Source: a virus
IMG/VR virus record: IMGVR_UViG_3300046167_000884
Location: 56,009 to 120,008 of that record
Reading direction: 5' to 3' (one strand)
Length of the DNA stretch: 64,000 nt
The notes beneath the pieces were generated by a model. That model saw nothing but the letters and a program-made list of their open reading frames with translations, ran no database searches and was not told where the DNA came from. How positions within the stretch are numbered: the stretch's first letter is position 1; every line of letters begins with the position of its first letter. The position numbers were made by a program, and so were the translations under genes. This document shows, one piece after another, positions 28,958 through 39,777 of the stretch.

Positions 28958-29168
28958 AAGACACATTGCTAAAACAATTTCCTGGAGGATTATAGGTACT
29001 CTAGACACCATAATCCTTTCAGGTGTTAATAACAGGTTCAGTGGGAAATCGGGGACTAGCCATTGGAGGAATCGAAGTTATTACAAAAATGGTCATTATA
29101 TTTCGTTACATGAAAGAGCTTGGTATAAATTAAGTAAATTTGGGGTAAATGGAAAATCAAAAACCTAA
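28944..29168 (+). CDS. DUF2061-like small membrane protein (locally garbled by inserted bases)
   Basis: RHIAKTISWRIIGTLDT and HERAW. Confidence 0.7.
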   Translation: MVSYKRHIAKTISWRIIGTLDTIILSGVNNRFSGKSGTSHWRNRSYYKNGHYISLHERAWYKLSKFGVNGKSKT

Positions 29169-32100
29169 AATTTTTGCACATGGTAGTTATATAGGAACAA
29201 CAGGATATAATAACCATACAAGAGCAATTTACAGGGAACTTTCTAATCTTTATGATTTAAAGGTTAGGAATTATACTGTAGGTAAATCATGGGAAGGACA
29301 TAATGAAGAACCCCATAATGGAGAAGATTATATTGATGGTTTAGATAAAAAATTATTAGTTGAACAATCCCTTTGGGAAGAAGATAAATTAATTCATAAA
29401 TCTTTTTATAATAATTACCCTAATAGTTTTGATCATAATGTAAATATAGTTTTAAATGAAACAAATCATCATTTCTTTTATCAAAATTACGATGGTCCTA
29501 AGATAGCATATAATGTTTGGGAGTCTACAAGACAACCAGAAGAGTTTTTTAACCAATTAAAAACATTTGATCAGGTTTGGGTTGCCTCAAAATGGCAAAG
29601 GGATTGCACAATTGAGCAAGGTATTGACCCTACTAAGGTAAAAGTAGTACCCGAAGCTGTAGATGGACTTACATTTAGACCAAATTCACAAGTTACTTTA
29701 CCTGAATATAGTGATAAAAGATTTAAATTTGTTTTATTTGGTAGATGGGACTATAGAAAGGCAACAAAAGAAGTAATAGAATCTTTCCTACAGGAGTTTA
29801 ATGAAGATGAACCCATTGATTTAATAGTATCAATTGATAACCCATATGCTAAAGATAAATTTAAATCAACCGAAGATAGATTAAAACATTACAAATTAAA
29901 TGACCCCAGGGTCAAAATAAAACATTTTCCTACCAGAGAAGAATATATAAATTATTTACAAAAAGGTCATGTATTTTTATCTTGTGCTAGGGCTGAAGGG
30001 ATGGAATTTACCCTTAATTGAAGCTATGGCATGTGGTACCCCATCAATATATTCTAACTGTAGCGCCCAATTAGAATTTGCAGAGGGACTAGGGTTACCT
30101 GTAAATATAAAATCTACATCAGAAGCAAAACTAGGGGAATATAGTAGTTTCTCTCAATCTTTATTAGCAGGGGAATTTTATGAACCTGATTTTGACCATT
30201 TAAAAAAGGTAATGAGAGATGCTTATGAAAATTATAAACACCATAAACAAAAAGCATTAGAAGAATCTAAAATAATTAGAGAAAAGTTTACTTGGGAAAA
30301 TGCTGCTAAAATAGCAGGCAAAGAAATAGAAAATTTATTAGATAATTTACCTAAAAATAAGGTAGAAGTAAGTTTTGATTTAGGACCTAAAGTAGAAGTA
30401 TTAGGACACCATAAGAATAAATATTTTGTTGAGTTTATAGATGGTAATACTAATGAAGTTATACATAGTGATACCATAAGTAATAATATGTGGACTAAAT
30501 GTAGTAAAAGTTATCACATTCCTTGGGTTATAAAAGTAAACGGAAAAATAATTCATGTTTTTTCCCTTAAAGATAAAACTGTTAAAATATCTTTAGAGTC
30601 AAGGTCTATAGGAGATACTTTAGCATGGTCTCCCCAAGTAATAGAATTTGCAAAACACTATAAATGTAAAGTTATACTTAGTACTTTCCATAATGATTGG
30701 TTTGAATCTCTAGAAGAATACAAGGATATTACTTTTATAAAACCAGGAGAAGACTGTTCATATTATGCTAGTTTTCAAATAGGATGGTTTAGAGATGAAA
30801 ATAATGGGTGGAAAAATTTTAATGACCACCCAACTCAAGTAAATACAATTCCCCTTATTCAAGCGGCTACTGATATTTTAAGAATACCCTATAAAGAATT
30901 ACATTATGGTATTAATTTTACACCGAAAAAAAGACCTATAAAAGGTAAATATATTTGTATAGGGCCTAGATCAACCTCTGGGTTAAAAGAATGGCCTTAT
31001 GAACATTGGAAAAATTTAGCAAAAAAACTCCATAGTAAAGGGTATAAAATAGTTAATTTATCTAGAGAAGGATTTAAAGGAGTAAATATAATAGATAAAA
31101 AGAATTTAAAATGGGAAGATACATTAAATCATCTTTACCATGCAGATTTATTTATTGGTCTAGGGTCAGGTCTATCTTGGTTGAATTGGGTTTTAGATAA
31201 ACATACTGTAATGATAAATAATTTTATCCCTTATGGTTATGAATTTACTAATCATTTAACTAAAATTGAAAATAATTCTGTTTGTAATAATTGCTGGGTA
31301 AGTAAAACCCACATATTTGATAGTGGAGATTGGGATTGGTGTCCAGAACATCAAAATACTAAACTACAACATATTTGCCAAAAATCAATATCAACGGAGC
31401 AAGTATATAATAAAGTTTTAAACCTTCTAGAACCAAAAAAAAAAGATAATTTTATATGGATAACAGGAGGTGATGAATCTTATCTTCCTATGATAGAGGT
31501 ATTAGCTAAAAGTTTATTAAAATATTCTAAATATAAGTTAATTGTATATGGGTTCAATTGTGATTCAAATATAGAATTACCTAATGTAATTAATAAAAGG
31601 ATAGATTACAGACCAAAACCTCCAACTTCTAGTAAGTATGAGTCTGATCTATTTAATAAAGATTACTCTATTTATTTTGCTAAATATTTAGCTAGTTTAG
31701 ATTCATTAAATGAAAACTATGATAATTTTGCTTGGATTGATGGTGATGCTTTTGCAACTGAAAACATTGATACTTCATTACACCATTTAAATAATTTAGA
31801 AGATTATCCTTTATTTATGAGATACTTCCATGAAGATATTAACCAATGGAGGTATCATAATAATATAAAATTAGAAGGAAACTATGGGGGTGAATTAGCT
31901 TTTATTAAAAATTTAACTAGAAACCCTAATCAAAGAATTATAGCTACTGGTTTTTACTTTTATAATAAAAATAGTAAAATATTTTTTGAAAAATGTTTAA
32001 AATGGAACCGGGAATTAAATAATTATAGTGTAAAAGTATATGCTGATGATAATGCCTTTTCTGAAGAAAGAGTAGCAAATAATGTTTTATGGGAAGAAAA

Positions 32101-32872
32101 TAAACAGAATTATCTCCCAGTTACTTGGAATAACTATTATAGTAGTATTGAAGAAAGAAAGACAAATAATTATTTTTTAAACCAAGGATTTGATGTTATG
32201 TATGATGAATATACTTTAAAACCTTATTTTATTCATGGACCCGATCCTTCTGTTAAAAGTAAAGATGCTAATACCTTATTAAAAGCATTTAAAGACTACC
32301 AAATAAACAAATTAATGATAGTAGCACATCCTGATGATGAATTAATATTTGGGGGAGCAGAATTAATACAACATGGTCCAGAATACAAAGTAATTTGTCT
32401 TACCAATAAATCTAATAAAACACGAAGTAAAGAATTTGAACAAGTAATGGGAAAATTAAATGTTGGTTCTTGGGAAATGTTAGATTATGAAGATAAGTTA
32501 GATTCTACTGAAGAATTTAATTTAAATGATATTTTAAGTTATAAAAATTGGAAAAAAATTGTTACCCATAACCCAATAGGAGAATATGGTCACCCACAAC
32601 ATAAATTAATTTTTGAATCTGTAAAGAGATTTACTACTAATTTTTATGTTTTTGGGAAATCCAATGTAAAATTATCTCAAGATATTTTAAATAATAAATT
32701 AGAAACCCTAAAATTATATAAATCAGAACAATCTATTATAAACCAAATTCAAACTAAAAAGGGTGATTGGTTTAAAAGTAATTCTGATACAAATTATATA
32801 GAATATGAGTCTATTACTAAGTATAATAAAAATAAAGATATAACCCCTTATATAGCATGTTATGACAAATAA
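29149..32872 (+). CDS. Multidomain glycosyltransferase: GT-B (GT4-like) + autotransporter heptosyltransferase-like + GT-A-like + PIG-L deacetylase-like; extra G near 29999
   Basis: RAEGWNLPLIEAMACGTP is restored by removing one G; SIGDTLAWSPQV and ADLFIGLGSGLSWL; WIDGDAF; VAHPDDE...HNPIGEYGHPQH. Confidence 0.75.
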
Positions 32873-33794
32873 AAACCTAGTAATTATCTTAAGTCATTGT
32901 GATACTGAAGAAAAGTTAAAAGTATTAGAGAACAATATTCAACAATTAAAAACTAATAATTTTGATATATTACTTACATCACACATCCCATTACCTGGAA
33001 ACATTCAATCTCAAGTAGAATATTTTATATATGACAAAAGTAACCCTATTTTACATTGGCCTAAAAGAGGTATGACCTACTGGAAAATCCTCCCAACCGA
33101 TACCGAAAATTTAAAACTAGTAAATATTCTCTCAGATTATGGGTGGACAGCTTTTAATCAACTTTTAACTTCAAGTCATTTAGGGTTATCTTTAGAATAT
33201 GATCATTATAGTTTTATTAATTATGATATAATATTTACCCCACAAATAATTGAAACAATGAAATTACCCCATAATTTCCTTTGTAGTAAAGTTTATGAAA
33301 GTAAAAATCAAGAAGGGTTTAGGTTTCCTAGTTTCATGTTTAGTATAATAAATAAAGATAATTTAAAAAAGTTACTTCCCTTAATTTCCAAACAACAATA
33401 CATACGTGGTGATTTTAAGGATGCTGAAAATTATTTAGGTTATTTACTTTCTGTGTTTGATTATGAAATCCATCCTGAAATTATTAAGGATCAAATTGAA
33501 TATGGAGATAAAGATCCTTTTAATTATAACAAAGATAATGATTTATTTAAGATTTTTTACCAAAGTGTGGTAGACCCTAAAATTTACGAAACACCTCCTT
33601 CTATTTTATTTTATGATATTCAAGAAGAATTTGAATTAAATATAAACGAAGAAAAAATTATAATCCACCCTACATCTCATAGAATAGAATACTCAGATAT
33701 AAAAAAACTTGGATATTATTTAAAGGATTCATATATTGATCTAATGTACATTTTTCAAGAAAACCACCAAACATCTATAGATATCAATGATTAA
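32862..33794 (+). CDS. Hypothetical protein, possibly glycosyltransferase-related
   Basis: In the operon; LVIILSHCD...DILLTSH...FINYDI. Confidence 0.55.
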   Translation: MTNKNLVIILSHCDTEEKLKVLENNIQQLKTNNFDILLTSHIPLPGNIQSQVEYFIYDKSNPILHWPKRGMTYWKILPTDTENLKLVNILSDYGWTAFNQLLTSSHLGLSLEYDHYSFINYDIIFTPQIIETMKLPHNFLCSKVYESKNQEGFRFPSFMFSIINKDNLKKLLPLISKQQYIRGDFKDAENYLGYLLSVFDYEIHPEIIKDQIEYGDKDPFNYNKDNDLFKIFYQSVVDPKIYETPPSILFYDIQEEFELNINEEKIIIHPTSHRIEYSDIKKLGYYLKDSYIDLMYIFQENHQTSIDIND

Positions 33795-34728
33795 AAATAA
33801 AAAAATATTCATAACTGGGGGAGCAGGATTTTTAGGTAAAAATTTAGTTAGACGTTATTACAATGATAATGAAATTACAGTTTATAGTAGAGATGAAGCC
33901 AAACATTACTATTTAAAAAAAGAATTTCCTAATATAAATTGTATTATTGGGGATGTACGTAATTTTGATTTATTAAAAAGAGCATCCGTAGGGCACAATA
34001 TCGGTATATTTGCTGCTTCATTAAAGCAAATAGGAGCAGTAGATCAAAATGTAGAAGAAAGTGTTAAAGTATTAGTAGATGGAGCTCTTAATTCAAGAAG
34101 AGTAGCTGAAGAAAACAATTTTGAAGCAGCATGTTTTATATCCTCAGATAAATCCAGAGCAGCTACTACATTATATGGTGCAATGAAATTTGTAGCAGGA
34201 GAATCATTTATAGTAAATGCTGAAAAATCAAATGTTAAATTATCCACAGCAGTATACGGAAATGTATTAAATTCAACTGGTAGTATAATTCCACTAATAT
34301 GGGATTCCATTAATAAAAACTACCCACTTACTTTATACTCAGAAGAAATGACTCGTTTTATGATTGATATAGAGGAAGCAATGGACTTGATTGAATTAGG
34401 ACTCCAAACTAGTGGATATAATATTATTCCTAATTTAAGATCATTTAGAGTAAAAGATTTATTTAAAATATATCAAGAGAAATTTAATCTTAAATACACA
34501 ATTGGTAAACCTAGAATTTCAGAAAAACTTCATGAAATGATGATTTCAAAAGAAGAAACCCCTAGAACTCATTATGAATTTGATGAAAATACATTTTATA
34601 TGCATTACAAAGATACTGTATCTATAGCTGATCGTTGTATGGATGAAGAATTTACAAGTGATAAAGTATGTGTATCTAAAGAAGAATTAGTTAAAATTTT
34701 AAATCATTATAATTTTTTTAAACCATGA
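33787..34728 (+). CDS. UDP-GlcNAc 4,6-dehydratase-like SDR (PseB/CapD family)
   Basis: ITGGAGFLG, YSRDEAKH, GDVR, SSDK...YGAMK, YGNVLNSTGSIIP, EKLHE. Confidence 0.85.
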   Translation: MIKNKKIFITGGAGFLGKNLVRRYYNDNEITVYSRDEAKHYYLKKEFPNINCIIGDVRNFDLLKRASVGHNIGIFAASLKQIGAVDQNVEESVKVLVDGALNSRRVAEENNFEAACFISSDKSRAATTLYGAMKFVAGESFIVNAEKSNVKLSTAVYGNVLNSTGSIIPLIWDSINKNYPLTLYSEEMTRFMIDIEEAMDLIELGLQTSGYNIIPNLRSFRVKDLFKIYQEKFNLKYTIGKPRISEKLHEMMISKEETPRTHYEFDENTFYMHYKDTVSIADRCMDEEFTSDKVCVSKEELVKILNHYNFFKP

Positions 34729-35436
34729 AAGTATTAATATTAGGACATAAAGGAATGTTAGGACATATGGTCCATAAATTTTTTGAAAGTAAAGGAATTG
34801 AATGTGTTACCACAAGTTGTAGATGGCCTTCATCTTGTTTTAAAAATTTTGTACAAAAATTTGAAGGTGATTTTATTATAAATTGTATAGGGGCTATTCA
34901 CCAACGAACAGATCAGTTTAATATTAATTGGGAATTACCGCAATGGTTAGATGAAAACCTTTCTACTAAAATAATCCACCCAGGTACTGACTGTGAAATG
35001 GATGATGATGATTATGGTAACTCTAAAAGAATAGCAGCAGAATGGATTAAAGAAAAAGCTAAAAACACAAAAATTATTAAAACATCAATATTTGGTCCTG
35101 AATTAAATACTAAAGCTAGTTTAATGGAGTGGTTTTTATCACAAGAAGGTGAAATAAATGGGTATTCTGAATATTATTGGAATGGTAATTCTACTTTAAC
35201 TTGGGCTCAATACTGCTTATATTTAATATTCCATTGGGATGAACTACCCACAGAAAATATATTAGAAGGAGAATGTATATCTAAATACAATTTACTTTTA
35301 CTATTAAAAGAAGTATATAGTAAAAATATTACTGTTAATCCTGTTGATACTCCCCATATTTAATAAATGTTTAGTAGGAACAGTAAAAACTTTACCATTA
35401 AAAGAACAAATAATTGCATTAAAAGAATTTTATTAA
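34725..35436 (+). CDS. NDP-sugar reductase (RmlD-like SDR), extra C near 35352
   Basis: ILGHKGMLG, INCIG, YGNSK, TSIFGPE, WNGNSTL; +1 frame continues to 35436. Confidence 0.75.
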
Positions 35437-35457
35437 TATTTATAAACAAAATAAAAA

Positions 35458-35710
35458 ATGAGTACAACAAAGTTATCACAAGAAGAGTTACAACAATTAA
35501 GAAATTTTCAAAGATCAGAAAATGAAATTACTTTTTCCTTAGGTCAAATTGAATTAAGAAAAGTATTTTTAGAAAAAGGATAAACAAAACCTCCAAAACC
35601 AATACCAATCACTCCTCCAGGACCAAGAAAAAGCAGGTAAAGAATTACAAGAAAAATATGGAGAAGGTAATATTGATTTAGAAAAAGGAGAATTCATTAA
35701 ATCAGAATAG
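35458..35710 (+). CDS. Small coiled-coil protein, extra G near 35578 (not in ORF track)
   Basis: MSTTKLSQEELQQL...FLEK / DKQNLQ...KYGEGNIDLEKGEFIKSE; motif at 35436. Confidence 0.6.
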
Positions 35711-35768
35711 TTCTTTGAGAAAATCTTTAATATGTATAATAAAACAATATTAAAAATAACATATAAAG

Positions 35769-38118
35769 ATGGCAGAAACATTATTATCTCCAGGTGTATT
35801 AGCTAGAGAAAACGACCAATCATTTATTACTCAACAACCCTGCAGAAATTGGTGCTGCTATTATAGGACCAGCTGCTTTAGGACCTGTTGAAGTACCTAC
35901 ATTGGTTACTTCTTTTAGTGAATATACAGCAATTTTTGGTACTACCGTACAAAGTGCATCAATTGCTTATTCGTATTTGACTTCATTAGCAGCAAATAAT
36001 TATTTCCAAAGTGGTGGAACAAGCTTATTAGTTACTAGAGTAACTCCAGAAACCTTTACTTCTGCTACAAGCTCATTTATTAGTACAGTTGATGGTTCGG
36101 AATTAAAAACGGGTGATACTAATGCCGCAGCCTTATTTGCTGAGGGCGTTGATGCTGGTTCAGATTTTACAGGTTCGGGTACAGTAACTTATACCGGAGC
36201 TACATTTACAACAAATGGTAGTGGAACAGGAGCAACATTTAATTTAGTTACAACTGCTGGAGCTCCAGTAGCAGTAACAGCTTCAGTCGCGGGTACAGGA
36301 TACGATCTAGGAGATACACTAACATTTTCTACAAATGATAATGGTGGTTCTCCTTTAGTAACAACTGAACTATCCGGATCAACTTCATTTGCAGCCGACG
36401 ATGATTATGATGCAGGTACAATTACTATTGCTCCCTCAACAACTACTTCAACAGATGTAACAGGTCAAACTTGGTCTTTAACTTTTGCTGGAGATACAGG
36501 AACTACTGATGCCCATTTAACAACAATTACCGCTACTACTGCTGGAGAAGGAGTTAAAGCTGGAGATATATTTAGTTGGACAGCAGCAGATATTAATACT
36601 GAATTAGGTGGTACCTCAGCTGGGGTAACTAATATAGTACTTACAGTACAAGAAGCTGATTTAGTAGCTGGAACATTTACAGTAACTTTAGCTGCCGGAA
36701 ATTTAACAGATGATGTTACACCTTTTGAATTAGAAACAATCTCAGAAGGGGCAATAATGAATACAGGAACAACTGAACTATCAGGAGGTGCCTTAGAAAC
36801 AGGATCAGCAGAAAATGTTCGTTGGTCAATCCCTTCAGTAAACACAGCCTCAGGAACTTTTAGTTTACTTATTCGTAGAGGTAACGATAATACAAACCAA
36901 CAAGTAGTATTAGAACAATACAATAATTTATCATTAGACCCATATCAACCAAATTATATATCAGCACAAATTGGTGATATTAATAGAAATTTAGTTAATG
37001 AGGGATCAGATTACTTTATCCAAGAATCAGGATCTTATGCTAATTTATCAAGATATGTAAGAGTAAAATCAGTAAATTTAAAAACACCAAATTATTTCGA
37101 TAATAATGGTCAAGCAAAATCTCAATTTACAGGTTCTTTACCAGCAGTATCTTCTGGTTCATTTAATGGAGCTAGTGGGGAAAATATAACAACTGCTACT
37201 TCAGGACGTGTTGCTAACTTTTATGGAAACATAGGAGATGGTGCTGCATTTGATACACAAGGATTAACTGGTAGTAATTATGATAACGCAATTGCTTTAC
37301 TAGGAAATGTAGATGAATACAAGTATAATGTTATTAGTGCTCCTGGGTTACTTAACGCAACTCACGCAACTCAAACAACAAATTTGCTATCAAACACAAT
37401 CCAAAGAGGAGATGCAATCGCAGTACTAGATTTAGTAAAATATGGTAGTTCAATAGCATCAGTTTCACAAGCTGCTGCTGCGTTTGATAATAGTTATGCT
37501 GCAACTTATTGGCCATGGGTTCAAATGATTGACCCACAAACAGGCGAATTAGTTTACTCCCCAGCCTCAACTGTAATCCCTGGAGTGTATGTATTTACAG
37601 ATGCTTCAAGCGAACCATGGTTTGCACCTGCTGGATTAACTAGAGGAGCTTTGGGTCAAGTAGTTAGAGCTGAAAGAAAATTATCTGCAACAAATAGAGA
37701 TACTTTATATGAAGCAAATGTTAACCCACTTGCAACATTCCCACAATCAGGAGTAGTTGTATTTGGTCAGAAAACATTACAAAAACGTGCTAGTGCTTTA
37801 GATAGAGTAAATGTACGTAGATTGTTAATATCTCTTAAAGGATTTATTTCTGGGGTAGCTGATAATTTAGTATTTGAACAAAATACTATTGCTACAAGAA
37901 ACAATTTCTTAAGTGTAGTTAATCCTTATTTAGAAGGAGTACAACAAAGACAAGGATTGTATGCTTTTAAAGTAGTAATGGATGATACAAATAATACAGC
38001 ATCAACTATAGATAGGAATGAGTTAGTAGGACAAATATTTTTACAACCAACTAAAACAGCTGAATTTGTAATATTAGATTTCAATGTATTACCAACTGGA
38101 GCAACATTCCCAGCATAA
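35769..38118 (+). CDS. Tail sheath protein (T4 gp18-like), extra C near 35838
   Basis: True start MAETLLSPGVLARENDQS; YWPW, WFAPAG..RG, VFGQKT, RVNVRRL, LVFEQN, PTKTAEF. Confidence 0.93.
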
Positions 38119-38160
38119 AAAATAAAAAGATAAATATTTATAATAAAATAAAATAATAAA

Positions 38161-38649
38161 ATGGCAGTATTAGATCCAAACGAAATATTTTTCACAGCTT
38201 TTGAGCCAAAACAAGCAAATAGATTTGTCATGTATATTGATGGTATTCCAGCTTATTTAGTAAAAGAAGTAGGGGCTGTAACCTTATCACAAGGTACAGT
38301 TGAATTAAATCATATGAATGTATCAAGATATGTAAAAGGAAAATCCACTTGGGATCCAATCTCTTTAACATTATTTGACCCAATCACCCCTTCTGGAGCA
38401 CAAGCAACTATGGAATGGGTACGTTTACACCACGAATCAGTTACTGGTCGTGATGGGTATAGTGATTTTTATAAAAAAGATCTTACTTTTAACGTACTAG
38501 GACCTGTAGGAGATATTGTATCTGAATGGATTATAAAAGGTGCATTTATTACAAATACATCATTTGGAGATTATAATTGGGATACTGTAGATACTGCTCA
38601 GAACATAAGCATTACAGTACAACCAGATTATTGTATCTTAAACTTCTAA
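38161..38649 (+). CDS. Tail tube protein (gp19-like)
   Basis: Follows sheath; FEPKQANRF, WDPISLTLFD, EWIIKGAF; motif at 38134. Confidence 0.88.
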   Translation: MAVLDPNEIFFTAFEPKQANRFVMYIDGIPAYLVKEVGAVTLSQGTVELNHMNVSRYVKGKSTWDPISLTLFDPITPSGAQATMEWVRLHHESVTGRDGYSDFYKKDLTFNVLGPVGDIVSEWIIKGAFITNTSFGDYNWDTVDTAQNISITVQPDYCILNF

Positions 38650-38678
38650 AAATTTTACCCACCCCTGATTTAGAAAAT

Positions 38679-38702
38679 AGCTTGGCTCCGGTCAAGCTTT
38701 TT
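38679..38702 (+). terminator. Terminator after tail tube, overlapping a sigma70-type promoter (38681-38712)
   Basis: AGCTTGGC-TCCG-GTCAAGCT plus T-run; CTTG-N20-TATATTAA. Confidence 0.65.
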
Positions 38703-38751
38703 CTTATATTAATATGTATAAATGTAAAAACGTTTTAATTAAATAAAGATT

Positions 38752-39489
38752 ATGTCCAAATTTAAAATACCCACTGAAACAGTAACATTACCCTCAAAAG
38801 GACTTCTATATCCAAAAGACCATCCATTAGCTGATGGTACAATAGAAATGAAATATATGACTGCCAAAGAAGAAGATATTCTCACTAATGCTACTTATAT
38901 TAGTGATGGGTCAGTAATTGATAGAGTATTAAAAGCATTAGTAGTTACCGATTTTAACTGGGGTGACCTATTAATTGGTGATAAAAATGCTGTTATGGTA
39001 GCAGCTAGAGTTTTAGGGTATGGGAAAGATTATACTTTTAATTATAATGGAAAAAAACAAACAGTAGATTTATCTAAAATAGAAGATAAAGAAATTGATG
39101 AAGATTTATACAAAAGTGGGAATAGTTTTTCTTTCACTCTTCCCCATTCTGGTAATGTAGTTACCTATAAACTACTTACAGCATCTGACGAAATCAAAAT
39201 TCAAAATGAGCTAAAAGGGTTAAAAAAGATTAGTAAAGACAATGTACCTGAAGCTACTACTAGGTTAAAATATATGATTCAATCTATCGAAGGAGATAAT
39301 GATAGAAAAACAGTAAGAGACTTTGTTGAGAATTATTTATTAGCTCGAGATGCTCGAGCACTCCGAGAAAACATATTACAAACCCAACCAGACGTAGATC
39401 TGACTTTTTTTCCCGAAAACGGAACTAACAGGGTTAATATCCCCATTGGAATTAACTTTTTTTGGCCTGACATTGACGTCAGCTCCTAA
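38752..39489 (+). CDS. Tail/baseplate assembly chaperone (T4 gp26/gp51-like)
   Basis: LPSKGLLY, MTAKEEDIL, ends NFFWP; between tube and tape measure. Confidence 0.7.
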   Translation: MSKFKIPTETVTLPSKGLLYPKDHPLADGTIEMKYMTAKEEDILTNATYISDGSVIDRVLKALVVTDFNWGDLLIGDKNAVMVAARVLGYGKDYTFNYNGKKQTVDLSKIEDKEIDEDLYKSGNSFSFTLPHSGNVVTYKLLTASDEIKIQNELKGLKKISKDNVPEATTRLKYMIQSIEGDNDRKTVRDFVENYLLARDARALRENILQTQPDVDLTFFPENGTNRVNIPIGINFFWPDIDVSS

Positions 39490-39739
39490 AGTTAGACAAA
39501 ATTTATTTAGACAAATCCATGAAATAGTTTTTCATGGTAAAGGTGGATATGATTGGCATACTATATATAATATGCCAATTTGGCTTCGTAAATATACTTT
39601 TAAATTAATTTCTGATTTTTATAAAGAAGAAACCGAATCCTTTAAAAAAGCACAAGAGGGTAAAGACAAAAAATCACTTATTAATTCTGATGGTAAAGTA
39701 AGTTCCCCTAATTTTAAGAATACAACTAGTTATAAATAA
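39446..39739 (+). CDS. Downstream tail chaperone frame, candidate frameshift extension
   Basis: No ATG near the start; overlaps the previous gene across a T7 run. Confidence 0.55.
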   Translation: MELTFFGLTLTSAPKVRQNLFRQIHEIVFHGKGGYDWHTIYNMPIWLRKYTFKLISDFYKEETESFKKAQEGKDKKSLINSDGKVSSPNFKNTTSYK

Positions 39740-39777
39740 AAAGTAAAAATATTTAATATTTATAACAAAATACTTCA

